Source: Mobula hypostoma (Eukaryota). Taken from it: a stretch of 64,000 nucleotides of DNA. A program made the position numbers and the translations under genes. The notes beneath the pieces were generated by a model. That model had not been told where the DNA came from and ran no database searches. It saw nothing but the letters and a program-made list of their open reading frames with translations. The stretch covers positions 256,186,001-256,250,000 of the forward strand of contig NC_086097.1 in assembly GCF_963921235.1 (NCBI RefSeq). The letters are read 5' to 3'. Below are positions 39,595-52,056 of this stretch, piece by piece (the stretch's first letter is position 1; the number at the start of each line of letters is the position of its first letter).

Positions 39595-39684
39595 CTTTAA
39601 GATAGAAATCTGTGAAAAATCTTTTTCCTCAAAATAAGCATGTGTGATGAGCTCCAGTTTGGCTTGGAGCAACCCATAGAGTGG
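39595..39684 (-). CDS. avl9: AVL9 (late secretory pathway protein, DENN-related) internal coding exon, 90 bp
   Basis: Minus strand reads atatttttctctatag|CCA CTC TAT GGG ... ATC TTA AAG|gtgagc = PLYGLLQAKLELITHAYFEEKDFSQISILK. It has a polypyrimidine/AG acceptor and a GT donor, and matches my recollection of vertebrate AVL9 (PLYGLLQAKLQLITHAYFEEKDFSQISILK). Confidence 0.95.
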
Positions 39685-39954
39685 CTATAGAGAAAAATAT
39701 TGCAATAAAGTCAATTAATTCAAAACATAATAGACCAGCTTCGAGGAATTAAGTCATAGTCATACTTTATTGATCCTGAGGGAAATTGGGTTTTGTTACA
39801 GTTGCACCAACCAAGAATAGAGTAGAATCAAGCATCAGAGAATGGACCCCTCACATATTTGCCAGGCATCAATTACCCATTTATACCAACCCCTTTGTCC
39901 AGCACAGCCTTCCACACTTTGGCTATTCTACACTCTACTAGATACTTCACCAAC

Positions 39955-40528
39955 AGGTAATGTTGCAGCTGAAATATAGGACCCTGGTTAGACCCCACTT
40001 AGAGTACTGGTCGCCTCACTACAGGAAGGATGTGGAAACCATAGAAAGGGTGCAGAGGAGATTTACAAGGATGTTGCCTGGATTGAGGAGCATGCCTTAT
40101 GAGAATAGGTTGAGCGAACTCAGCCTTTTCTCCTTGGAGCGACAGAGGATGAGAGGTGACCTGACAGACGTGTGTAAGATGATGAGAGGCATTGATGATG
40201 TGGATAGTCAGAGGCTTTTTCCCAGGACTGAAATGTCTGCCACAAGTGGGCACAGATTTAAGGTGCTTGGCAGTAGGTACAGAGGAGTTGTCAAGGGTAA
40301 GTTTTTTTATGCAGAGAGTAGTGAGTGCGTGGAATGGGCCGCTGGCAACGGTGGTGGAGGCAGATTCAATAGGGTCTTTTAAGAGACTTTTGGATAGGTA
40401 CATGGAGCTTAGAAAAATAGAGGGCTATGGTAACCCTAGTAATTTCTAAGGTAGGGACGTGCTCAGCACAACTTTGCGGGCCGAAGGGCCTGTATTGTGC
40501 TGTAGGTTTTCTATGTTTTCTATGTTTC
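39955..40528 (+). mobile_element. CR1 3' fragment
   Basis: LVRPHLEY..RVQRRFTRMLPG and tail ttctatgttttctatgtttct. Confidence 0.82.
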
Positions 40529-40734
40529 TGACATTCTGAGAGTCTCTAACTATATCGTCAAGTCTGCATTCTGGATTTCAACAACAGTTTGGCTGAGAAA
40601 CTTCTTCCTTTTATCTCCTCTAAGACTCCTTCTCATCACCCTAAACTTATCTGCTCAAGCTTTAGGCATCTCAAGGAAAAGTTTTACTTCATTTATGCCT
40701 TTCATAATTATGTGTTCCTTAAGATTGTCATCTT

Positions 40735-42395
40735 AAGAGGGTCCAGTGAGATGGAGGAACTGAGGGAAATACATGTTAGTAGGGAAGTGGTGTTAGGTAA
40801 ATTGAAGGGATTAAAGGTAGATAAATCCCCAGGGCCAGATGGTCTACATCCCAGAGTACTTAAGGAAGTAGCCCAAGAAATAGTGGCTGCATTAGTGATC
40901 ATTTTTCAAAACTCTTTAGATTCTGGACTAGTTCCTGAGGATAGGAGGGTGGCTAATGTAACCCCACTTTTTAAAAAAGGAGGGAGAGAGAAACCGGGGA
41001 ATTATAGACCGGTTAGCCTAACGTCGGTGGTGAGGAAAATGCTAGAGTCAGTTATCAAAGATGTGACAACAGCACATTTGGAAAGCGGTGAAATCATCGG
41101 ACAAAGTCAGCATGGATTTGTGAAAGGAAAATCATGTCTGACGAATCTCATAGAATTTTATGAGGATGTAACTAGTAGAGTGGATAGGGGAGAACCAGTG
41201 AATGTGGTATATTTGGATTTTCAAAAGGCTTTTGACAAGGTCCCACACGAGATTAGTGTGCAAACTTAAAGCACACGGTATTAGGGGTAAGGTATTGATG
41301 TGGATAGAGAATTGGTTGGCAGACAGGAAGCAAAGAGTGGGAATAAACGGGACCTTTTCAGAAAGGCAGGCAGTGTCTAGTGGGGTACCGCAAGGCTCAG
41401 TGCCGGGACCCCAGTTGTTTACAATATATATTAATGATTTAGATGAGGGAATTAAATGCAAGTTTGTGGATGACTCGAAGCTGGGCGGCAGTGTTAGCTG
41501 TGAGGAGGATGCTAAGAGGATGCATGTTGACTTGGATAGGTTAGTTGAGTGGGCAAATACATGGCAGATGCAATTTAACGTGGATAAATGTGCGGTTATC
41601 CACTTTGGTGGCAAAAACAGGAAAACAGATTATTATCTGAATGGTGGCCGATTAGGAAAAGGGGAGGTGCAACGAGACCTGGGTGTCATTATACACCAGT
41701 CATTGAAAGTGGGCATGCAGGTACAGCAGGCGGTGAAAAAGGCAAATGGTATGCTGGCATTCATAGCAAGAGGATTCGAGTACAGGAGCAGGGAGGTACT
41801 ACTGCAGTTGTACAAGGCCTCGGTGAGACCACACCTGGAATACTGTGTGCAGTTTTGGTCCCCTAATCTGAGGAAAGACATCCTTACCATAGAGGAAGTA
41901 CAAAGAAGGTTCACCAGATTGATTCCTGGGATGGCAGGACTTTCATAGATGAAAGACTGGATCGACTAGGCTTATATTCGTTGGAATTTAGAAGATTGAT
42001 GGGGGATCTTATTGAAACGTATAAAATCCTAAAGGGATTGGACAGGCTAGATGCAGGAAGATTGATCCCGATGTTGGGGAAGTCCAGAATGAGGGGTCAC
42101 AGTTTGAGGATAAAGGGGAAGCCTTTTAGGGCCGAAATTAGGAAAAACTTCTTCACACAGAGAGTGGTGAATCTGTGGAATTCTCTGCCACAGGAAACAG
42201 TTGAGGCCAGTTCATTGGCTATATTTAAGAGGGAGTTAGATATGGCCCTTGTGGCTAAAGGGATCAGGGGGTATGGAGGGAAGGCTGGTACAGGGTTCTG
42301 AGTTGGATGATCAGCCATGATCATACTGAATGGTGGTGCAGGCTCGAAGGGCCGAATGGCCTGCTTGGCACCTATTATCTATGTTTCTATGTTTC
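40735..42395 (+). mobile_element. Young 5'-truncated CR1 (RT region to tail)
   Basis: [35 protein letters not shown] and tail ctatgtttctatgttt. Confidence 0.88.
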
Positions 42396-42564
42396 ATAGA
42401 CAGGGGAGTGGTATGGGGACAAGCTCCCACTACCTATTAAATACTCCCAAAGGCGTGGGCCTCAAATAGCTGTTGACAACCAAGTCCAGCTCATGGCCTT
42501 CGCGTGTGGCTGAGCTACTAAGCTTGATGGAACTGTTTTTACTGGCAAGAGAAGGGGCAAATTC

Positions 42565-43455
42565 ACACGTACAATCATCACAACGATATTTGAATCTGCG
42601 CTTCTCACTCCCGGATTACAAATATTAAATATTAAAAATAGTTAAAATTAGTAAATATTAAAAATTTAAATTATAACTCATAAATAGAAAATACAAAAAT
42701 GGGAAGTAAGGTAGTGCAAAAAATCTGAGAGGAAGGTCCGGATAGTTGGAGGGTACGGCCCAGATCCGGGTCAGGATCCATTCAGCATTCTTATCACAAT
42801 GAGAAAGAAGCTGTTTCCAAATCTGGCCATATGAGTCATCAAGCTCCTGAACCTTCTCTCAGAGGGAAGAGGGATGAAAAGTCTGTTGGCTGGGTGGGTT
42901 GTGTCCTTGATTATCCTAGCAGCACTTCTCCGACAGCGTGCGGTGTAAAGTGAGTCCACAGACCGAAGATTGGTTTCTGTGATGTGCTGCGCCACGTTCA
43001 CGATCTTCTGCAGCTTCTTTCGGTCCTGGACAGGACAACTTCCATACCAGGTTGTGATGCACCCGAGAAGAATGCTTTCTACGGTGCATCTATAAAAATT
43101 AGTGAGGGTTTTAGGGGACAGGCTAAATTTCTTTAGTTTTCTCAAGAAGTAAAGGCGCTGGTGGGCCTTCTTGGCAGTGAACTCTACTTGGTTGGATCAA
43201 GTCAGGTCATTTGTGATATTGACCCTGAGGAACTTAAAGCTTTTGACCTGTTCCACTTGCGCACCACCAATGTAAATTGGGTTGTGCAGTCCACTACTCC
43301 TTCTGAAGTCAACAACCAATTCCTTCGTCTTGCTGACACTGAGGGATAGGTTATTGTCTTCGCACCATGCCACCAGGTTCTTAATTTCCTCTCTGTACTC
43401 AAACTCATCATTACCCAAGATACGGCCAACAATTGTTGTGTCATCAGCAAACTTA
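42565..43455 (-). mobile_element. Rex/Babar-type LINE 3' part
   Basis: KFADDTTIVG...SKTKELVVDFR and FYRCTVESILLGCITTWYG...RFGNSFF. Same family as 2327-2925. Confidence 0.85.
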
Positions 43456-45676
43456 TAGAACATAGAATAGTACAGCACAGTACAGGCCCTTCGGCCCACA
43501 ATGTTGTGCTGACCCTCAAATTCTGCCTCCCATATAAGCCCCCACCTTAAATTCCTCCATATACCTGTCTAGTAGTCCCTTAAACTTCACTAGTGTATCT
43601 GCCTCCACCACTGACTCGGGCAGTGCATTCCACGCATCAACCACTCTGAGTGAAAAACCTTCCTCTAATATCCCCCTTGAACTTCCCACCCCTTACCTTA
43701 AAGCCATGTCCTCTTTTATTGAGCAGTGGTGCCCTGGGGAAGAGGCGCTGGCTATCCACTCTATCTATTCCTCTTATTATCTTGTACACCTCTATCATGT
43801 CTCCTCTCATTCTCCTTCTCTCCAAAGAGTAAAGCCCTAGTTCCCTTAATCTCTGATCATAATGCATACTCTCTAAACCAGACAGCATCCTGGTAAATCT
43901 CCTCTGTACTGTTTCCAATGTCATAGTCATACTTTATTGATCCCGGGGGAAAATGGTTTTCATTACAGTTGCACCATAAATAATAAATAGTAATAGAACC
44001 ATAAATAGTTAAATGGTAATATGTAAATTATGCCAGTAAATTATGAAATAAATCCAGGACCAGCCTATTGGCTCAGGGTGTCTGATCCTCCAAGGGAGGA
44101 GTTGTAAAGTTTGATGGCCACAGGCAGGAATGACTTCCTATGACGCCCTGTGCTGCATCACGGTGGAATGAGACTCTGGCTGAATGTACTCCTGTGCCCA
44201 ACCAGTACATTATGTATTGGATGGGAGACATTGTCCAAGATGGCATGCAACTTGGACAGCATCCTCTTTTCAGACACCACCATCAGAGAGTCCAGTTCCA
44301 TCCCCACAACATCACTGGCCTTACGAATGAGTTTGTTGATTCTGTTGGTGTCTGCTACCCTCAGCCTGCTGCCCCAGCACACAACAGCAAACATGATAGC
44401 ACTGGCCACCACAGACTCGTAGAATATCCTCAGCATCGTCCAGCAGATGTTAAAGGACCTCAGTCTCCTCAGGAAATAGAGCCGGCTCTGACCCTTCTTG
44501 CAGACAGCCTCAGTGTTCTTTGACCAGTCCAGTTTATTGTCAATTCGTATCCCCAGGTATCTGTAATCCTCCACCATGTCCACACTGACCCCCTGGATGG
44601 AAACAGGGGTCACCGGTACCTTAGCTCTCCTCAGGTCTACCACCAGCTCCTTAGTCTTTTTCACATTAAGCTGCAGATAATTCTGCTCACACCAAGTGAC
44701 AAAGTTTCCTACCGTAGCCCTGTCCTCAGCCTCATCTCCCTTGCTGATCCATCCAACTACGGCAGAGTCATCCAAAAACTTCTGAAGATGACAAGACTCT
44801 GTGCAGTAGTTGAAGTCCGGGGTGTAAATGGTGAAGAGAAAGGGAGACAAGACAGTCCCCTGTGGAGCCCCAGTGCTGCTGATCACTCTGTCGGACACAC
44901 AGTGTTGCAAGCACATGTACTGTGGTCTGCCAGTCAGGTAATCAAGAATCCATGATACCAGGGAAGCATCCACCTGCATCGCTGTCAGCTTCTCCCCCAG
45001 CAGAGCAGGGCGGATGGTGTTGAACGCACTGGAGAAGTCAAAAAAACATGACCCTCACAGTGCTCGCTAGCTTGTCCAGGTGGGCGTGGACACGATTCAG
45101 CAGGTAGATGATGGCATCCTCAACTCCTAGTCGGGGCTGGTGGGCGAACTGGAGGGGATCTAAGTGTGGCCTGACCATAGGCCGGAGCAGCTCCAGAACA
45201 AGTCTCTCCAGGGTCTTCATGATGTGGGAGGTCAATGCCACCGGTCTGTAGTCATTGAGGCCGCTGGGACGCGGCGTCTTCGGCACAGGGATGAGGCAGG
45301 ACGCCTTCCACAGTACAGGAACCCTCCGGAGCCTCAGGCTCATGTTGAATACATGGCGAAGTACTCCACATAGCTGAGGGGCACAGGCTTTGAGCACCCT
45401 GGTACTGACACCATCCGGTCCTGCAGCCTTGCTTGGGTTGAGACGTTTCAGCTGTCTTCTCACCTGTGCTTCTCAAGGCTTCCACATCCTTCCTATAGTG
45501 AGGCACAGAACTGGACACAGTACTCCAAGTGTGGCCTTACCAGAGTTTTATAGAGCTGCATCATTACATCGCAACTGTTAAACTCTATCCCTCGACTTAT
45601 GAAAGCTAACAACCCATAAGCTTTCTTAACTACCCTATCCACCTGTGAGGCAACTTTGAGGGATCTGTGGACATGT
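43456..45676 (-). mobile_element. CR1 3' end (43456-43920 + about 45470-45676) split by a Rex1 element
   Basis: Tail tagaacatagaa. RRFTRML at about 43890 continues with RPHLEYCVQF at about 45520. Confidence 0.75.
43921..45470 (-). mobile_element. Rex1-type LINE, second family (RT to 3' tail)
   Basis: KAAGPDGV, DYRPVALTS, DPLQFA, TGAPQGTVLSPFLF, KTKELVVD and an (atgact)n tail. Confidence 0.88.
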
Positions 45677-46660
45677 ATTGATTTATATATTGAGTTTGAT
45701 GGAAACTTGGCTACACAATCATAGGTGTACAGTGAGTACAGCAGGGGGCTGAGTACACAGCCTTGTGGGGCACCGGTGCTCAGACTGATTGTAGAGGAGA
45801 GCTTGTCCCCTATTTTTACAGCCTGGGTCCTGTCCGTGAGGAAGTTGAAGATCCAGCTGCAGATCTGAATGCTAAGGCCCAGGTTTCGAAGCTTAGGAAT
45901 CAGTTTATTTGGAATGATGGTATTAAAGGCAGAGCTGTGGTCAATGAAAAGGAGCCTTACGTATGCGTCTTTATTCTCCAGGTGTTCTAAGGAGGAATGT
46001 AGGGCCAGAGAGATGGCATCTGCCGTTGTCCTGTTGCTCCGGTAGGTGAATTGCAAAGCGTCGAGGTTGATGTGTGCCATAACCAATCTCTCGAAACACT
46101 TCATAGCAATTGATGTCAGAGCCACAGGTTGATAGTCATTCAGGCATGCCACCTCGCTCTTTTTCGGCACTGGGATTATCATTGCCTTCTTAAAACATGA
46201 GGGGATCTTAGACTGAAGCAAGGAGCAGTTGAAGATGTCAGCAAATACTCTAGCTAGTTCACTTGCACAGGCCCAGAGAACCCGTCCCGGGATGCCATCT
46301 GGGCCCGTCGCCGTTCTTGGATTTATGTTCAGGAAGGCCCTTCTAACGTCCTCCTCGGTGATGATGAATCTTGATGGCACCAGATCCGGTTCATCTGGAG
46401 GGAGTGGGACGCTCCTCTTCTGTTCGAATCTTGCGTAGAATACGTTAAGTACGACAGGAAGAGAAGCGCCACAGTTATTGATATTCCCAGCCTTTTCTTT
46501 GCACCCAGTGATCTCATTTAGACCCTGCCATAGTCTACTGGCATCCCTTTGGTTAGCCTGGGCTTCCAACTTGGCTCGATATTGCCTCTTAGCGCCGCTT
46601 TTCGGAGTTCACGCCTGGATTCCGTGTAGCGGCTGGTATCTCCGGACCTAAAAGCCGCAG
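45677..46660 (-). mobile_element. Rex/Babar-type LINE RT fragment
   Basis: ORF 45493-46569: TATGPDGIPG, DYQPVALTS, SSAFNTI, TGAPQGCVLSPLLYSLYT. It could be the upstream part of the 42565-43455 copy. Confidence 0.82.
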
Positions 46661-46671
46661 CTCCGCCCCCT

Positions 46672-47240
46672 CCTTGCTCTTTTCAGCCCCTTCTTAAACT
46701 CCTTTCTTGCTGTCCCATATTCCTCGATAGACCCATCTGATCCTTGCTTCCTAAACCTCATGTATGCTGCCTTCTTCTACCTGACTAGATTTCCCACCTC
46801 ACTTGTCACCCATGGTTCCTTCACCCTACCATTCTTTATCTTCCTCACCGGGACAAATTTATCCCTAACATCCTGCAAGAGATCTCTAAACATCGACCAC
46901 ATGTCCATAGCACATTTCCCTGCAAAAACATTATCCCAATTCACACCCACAAGTTCTAGCCTTATAGCCTCATAATTTGCCCTTCCCCAATTAAAAATTT
47001 TCCCGTCCTCTCTGATTCTAATCCTTTTCCATGATAATGCTGAAGGCCAGGGAATGGTCGTCACTGTCCCCCAGATGCTCACCCACTGAGAGATCTGTGA
47101 CCTGACCCTGTTCGTTACCTAATACTAGCTCTAGTATGGCATTCCCCCCTAGTCGGCCTGTCAACATACTGTGACAGGAATCCGTCCTGGACACACTTAA
47201 CAAACTCTGCTCTGTCCAAACCCTTGGAACTAATCAGGTG
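46672..47240 (-). mobile_element. CR1 endonuclease/linker fragment
   Basis: LELVLGNEQGQV...SDDHSL, FNWGRANYEAIR, KEPWVT. Confidence 0.8.
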
Positions 47241-47850
47241 CTGATGGAAATATCATAGGAAAACTTGGACTAGGGGAAAGAAATGAAAGAGGCGAGAAAT
47301 GGGTAGAATGGTGCAAGATGAATAATCAGGTCATTATGAATACCGACTTTAAAAACCATCCAAGACGCTTGTGGACCTGGAAAAGTCCAGGTGATAGCAC
47401 CAGAAATCAAATTGACTTTATTACTATAAACTAAAGATTTAGAAACTCAGTGACTCAATTCAAAACGTATCCAGGTTCAGAGTGTAATAGTGACCATAAC
47501 CCAATAACATGTCATGTAAAAGTACAACTTAAAAAACTAAAGAAGCAAAAACCTGAACAATCCGGTGACTACTCGCAATTATTAAAAGAAGAAAACGTAA
47601 GATAAAAATTTACAATTGAAGTAAGGAAAAGATTTCAAAGTCTAGAAATAGAATCTGTTGAAGATGATAGCAATCATGTCGAAATGAAGTTCCTGACGAA
47701 GGGTCTCGGCCTGAAACGTCGACTGTACCTCTTCCTAGAGATGCTGCCTGGCCTGCTGCGTTCACCAGCAACTTTGATGTGTGTTGCTTGAATTTCCAGC
47801 ATCTGCAGAATTCCTCGTGTTTGTGATGTCAAAATGAAGTTTAACACTGC
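47241..47850 (+). mobile_element. RTE-clade LINE endonuclease fragment (not in ORF track), interrupted by a PLE tail
   Basis: My translation is GKLGLGERNERGEKWVEWC..NTDFKNHPRRLWTWKSPGDSTRNQIDFI..RFRNSV..KTYPGSECNSDH. Confidence 0.8.
47692..47825 (+). mobile_element. 134 bp PLE 3' tail beginning at the hammerhead core, 16 bp TSD
   Basis: cCTGACGAAGGGTCTCGGCCTGAAACGTCGACT...gaattcctcgtgtttgtg, flanked by ATGTCGAAATGAAGTT (47676-47691) and ATGTCAAAATGAAGTT (47826-47841). Confidence 0.88.
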
Positions 47851-48195
47851 TGGTACCAAATTGTATAGTCTCTGCCATTCCTTTGGGTTCATCAGATGCA
47901 TGGAGAGGAGGAGATTGCTGCATGGGCAACAGCTTGCTCTCCATATTATACCAGGCTTGCGTATCTAAACAGCAAGGATGCAACCTCCATGGTCAACTCT
48001 GATTGAAGGAGGCCCTCATCTTAATTATATGTACCAATATCAGGACCCTCTCATTTTTCTCCACTCAAAGAAAGACAGACAGCCTATCCTGCCTTCTCTC
48101 AATTGACAGGTTTCATCCCAGCAATGTTCTGGGGAATCACCACTTTAAAAGGTCCTTCCCATAGTCTTTCTAACATTACTGTTTTTATTATAGAG

Positions 48196-48387
48196 CATGG
48201 GTAGGCAACCTGAAGCACAAATGATTTTCTAGCATGCGTTATTCATTAATTTGAGGCAAAACATAACTAAATGTATTTAAATGGATAATTCCCATTTTTC
48301 AAGTTTTTTTATGGCATTTATCTGGCCCACTGTGCAGTCATTAATACATGATCCGGCCCACAGAGGCAAAAAGGTTGCCAACCCCTG
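48196..48387. mobile_element. hAT (Charlie-like) MITE, 192 bp
   Basis: TIRs CATGGGTAGGCAACC / GGTTGCCAACCCCTG (13/15 match). 8 bp TSD TTATAGAG / TTACAGAG. Confidence 0.75.
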
Positions 48388-48730
48388 TTACAGAGAGTTA
48401 TTTATGATTTATGCTGACTTTGACTTATTTTTCATTAGTCTCGAAGTACCTTGAAACCCCATCCTTAATAATACACTCCAACATTTCCCCAACCAATGAG
48501 GCTAGGGTAACTGGCCAATAATTTCCTTTCTTTTCTGTTTCTCCCTTCTTAAAGAGTGGAGTAACATTTGCAATCTTCCAGATCTCCATGGCCATGCCAG
48601 AATCAAGTGATTCTTGCAAGGTCAAGACCAATACATCTGTCATCTCTTCAGCAACCTCTCACAGGACTCTGGGGTGTAGTCCATCTTGCCCAGGTGACTT
48701 AGCCACATTAAGACCATTCAATTTAAGACC

Positions 48731-51700
48731 ATACCAATGACATAGCAAGGAAGAGTGAAGAGGTCCTGGAGAGTGAGTATAGAGAGCTTGGTAGGAAGGT
48801 GAAAAGCAGGACCTCAAGGGTGGTAATCTCAGGATTGCTACCTGTGCTAGGTGCCAGTGAGGGTAGGAATAGGATGCTCTGGAGGAGGAACAAGTGGCTG
48901 AGGAACTGGTGTAGGGGGCAGGGTTTCAGATTTCAGGATCATTGGGACCTCTTCTGGGGCAGGTGGACCTGTACAAGAGAGACGGGTTACACTTGAACCA
49001 CAGGGGGACCAATATCCTTTCAGGGAGGTTTGTTAGTGCTATTGGGGAGACTTTAAACGAGATTTGCAGGGGAATGGGAACCAGAGTGCCAGAGCTGACA
49101 GTGTGGCTGGGGTGAAAATAAATGATATTGAAAGTTTAAGCAAATCCGCTGATAGAAAGGTTGTGAGTGGTGGTAAAAATCTTCTGAGGTGTATATATTT
49201 CAATGCTAGGAGTATTGCAGGGAAGGCGGATGAGTTGAGGGCGTGGATTGACACGTGGAATTATGATGTTGTAGCAATTAGTGAAACTTGGCTACAGGAG
49301 AGGCAGGACTGGCAGCTTAATATTCCAGGTTCCGATGTTTCAGATGTGATCGAGGCAGAGGAATGAAAGGTGGGGGAGTAGCATTGCTTGTTAGGGAAAA
49401 TATTACAGCAGTGCTCAGGCAGGACAGATTAGAGGGCTTGTCTACTGAGTCCTTATGGGTGGAGCTGAGAAACAGGAAAGGTATGGCCACATTAGTGGGA
49501 TTGTATTACAGACCACCCAATAGTCAACGAGACTTGGAAGAGCAAATCTGCAGAGAGATAGCAGGCAACTGCAGGAAACAAAGTTGTGGTGGTAGGGGAT
49601 TTTAATTTTCCATACATTGATTGGGACTCCCATACTGTTAGAGGTCTAGATGGTTTAGAGTTTGTAAAAGGTGCTCAGGAAAGTTTTCTAAATCAGTCTA
49701 TAGAGGGACAAACTAGAGGGGATGCAATATTGGATCTCCTGTTAGGAAACGAATTAGGGCAAGTGACAGAAGTCTGTGTAGGGAGCACTTTGGTTCCAGT
49801 GATCATAACACCATTAGTTTCAATTTGATCATGGACAAGGATAGATCTGGTCCTAGGGTTGAGGTTCTGAACTGGAAGAAGGCCAAATCTGAAGAAATGA
49901 GAAAGGATCTAAAAAGCGTGGATTGGGACAGGTTGTTCTCTGGCAAAGATGTGATTGGTAGGTGGGAAGCCTTCAAAGGGGAAATTTTGAGAGTGCAGAG
50001 TTTGTATGTTCCTGTCAGGATTAAAGGCAAATTGAATAGGAATAAGGAACCTTGGTTCTCAAGGGATATTGCAACTCTGATAAAGAAGAGGGAGTTGTAT
50101 GAAATGTATAGGAAACAGGGGGTAAATCAGGTGCTTGAGGAGTATAAGAAGTGCAAGAAAATACTTAAGAAAGAAATCAGGAGGACAAAAAGAAGACATG
50201 AGGTTGCCTTGGCAGTCAAAGTGAAGGATAATCCAAACAGATTTTACAAGTATATTAAGAGCAAAAGGATTGTAAGGGATAAAATTGGTCCTCTAGAAGA
50301 TCAGAGTGGTCGGCTTTGTGCGAAACCAAAGGAAATGGGGGAGATCTTAAATAGGTTTTTTGCGTCTGTATTTACTAAGGAAGCTGGTATGAAATCTATG
50401 GAATTGAGGGAATCAAGTAGTGAGACCATGGAAACTGTACAGATTGAAAAGGAGGAGGTGCTTGCTGTCTTGAGGAAAATTAAAGTGGATAAATCCCCGG
50501 GACCTGACAGAGTGTTCCCTCAGACCTTGAAGGAGACTAGTGTTGAAATTGTGGGGGCCCTAGCAGAAATATTTAAAATGTCGCTAAGGGTAAAGTGCCG
50601 GAGGATTGGAGAGTGGCTCATGTTGTTCCGTTGTTTAAAAAAGGATCGAAAAGTAATCCGGGAAATTATAGGCCAGTGAGTTTAACATCAGTAGTAGGTA
50701 AGTTATTGGAGGGAGTACTAAGAGACAGAATCTACAAGCATTTGGATAGACAGGGGCTTATTAGAGAGAGTCAACATGGCTTTGTGTGTGGTAGGTCATG
50801 TTTGACCAATCTGTCGGAGTTTTTCGAGGAGGTTACCAGGAAAGTGGATGAAGGGAAGGCAGTGGATATTGTCTACATGGACTTCAGTAAGGCCTTTGAC
50901 AAGGTCCCACATGGGAGGTTAGTTAGGAAAATTCAGTCGCTAGGTATACATGGAGAGGTGGTAAATTGGATTAGACATTGGCTCGATGGAAGAAGCCAGA
51001 GAGTGGTGGTAGAGAATTGCTTCTCTGAGTGGAGGCCTGTGACTAGTGGTGTGCCACAGGGATCAGTGCTGGGTCCATTGTTATTTGTCATCTATATCAA
51101 TGATCTGGATGATAATGTGGTAAATTGGATCAGCAAGTTTGCTGATGATACAAAGATTGGAGGTGTAGTAGACAGTGAGGAAGGTTTTCAGAGCCTGCAG
51201 AGGGACTTGGACCAGCTGGAAACGGGCTGAAAAATGGCAGTTGGAGTTTAATACAGACGTGTGAGGTATTGCACATTGGAAGGATAAACCAACGTAGAAC
51301 ATACAGGGTTAATGGTAAGGCACTGAGGAGTGCAGTGGAACAGAGGGATCTGGGAATACAGATACAAAATTCCCTAGAAGTGTTGTCACAGGTAGATAGG
51401 GTCATAAAGAGAGCTTTTGGTACATTGGCCTTTATTAATCGAAGTATTGAGTATAAGAGCTGGAATGTTATGATGAGGTTGTATAAGGCATTGGTGAGGC
51501 CGAATCTGGAGTATTGTGTTCAGTTTTGGTCACCATATTACAGGAAGGATATAAATAAGGTTGAAAGAGTGCAGAGAAGGTTTACAAGGATGTTGCCAGG
51601 ACTTGAGAAATTCAGTTACAGAGAAAGGTTGAATAGGTTAGGACTTTATTCCCTGGAGCGTAGAAGAATGAGGGGAGATTTGATAGAGGTATATAAAATT

Positions 51701-52056
51701 ATGATGGGTATAGAGTGAATGCAAGCAGGCTTTTTCCACTGAGGCAAGGGGAGAAAAAAACCAGAGGACATGGGTTAAAGGTGAGGGGAGAAAAGTTTAA
51801 AGGGAACATTAGGGGGGGCTTCTTCACACAGAGAGTGGTGGGAGTATGGAATGAGCTGCCAGACGAGGTGGTAAATGCGGTTTCTTTTTTAACATTTAAG
51901 AATAAATTGGACAGATACATGGATGGGAGGTGTATGGAGGGATATGGTCTGTGTGCAGGTCAGTGGGACTAGGCAGAAAATGGTTCAGCACAGCCAAGAA
52001 GGGCCAAAGGGCCTGTTTCTGTGCTGTAGTTTCTATGGTTCTATGGTTCTATGGTT
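48731..52056 (+). mobile_element. Young CR1 (end of ORF1 + whole ORF2, frameshifted), family of 9735-16557
   Basis: ORFs 48799-51972 are colinear with the 9735 copy. The uninterrupted ATGGACAAGGATAGA at about 49831 shows the empty PLE target site. Tail (ttctatgg)3. Confidence 0.92.

Noticed and set aside
39595..39609. 15 nt microexon using the internal tttttcacag acceptor-like site
   Set aside because: The upstream 75 nt encode conserved AVL9 residues and have a better acceptor at 39685, so the internal AG is coding sequence.
42396..42564. Unassigned segment (also 47850-48015) that looks like an interspersed repeat
   Set aside because: No termini, TSD or coding motif that I can support.
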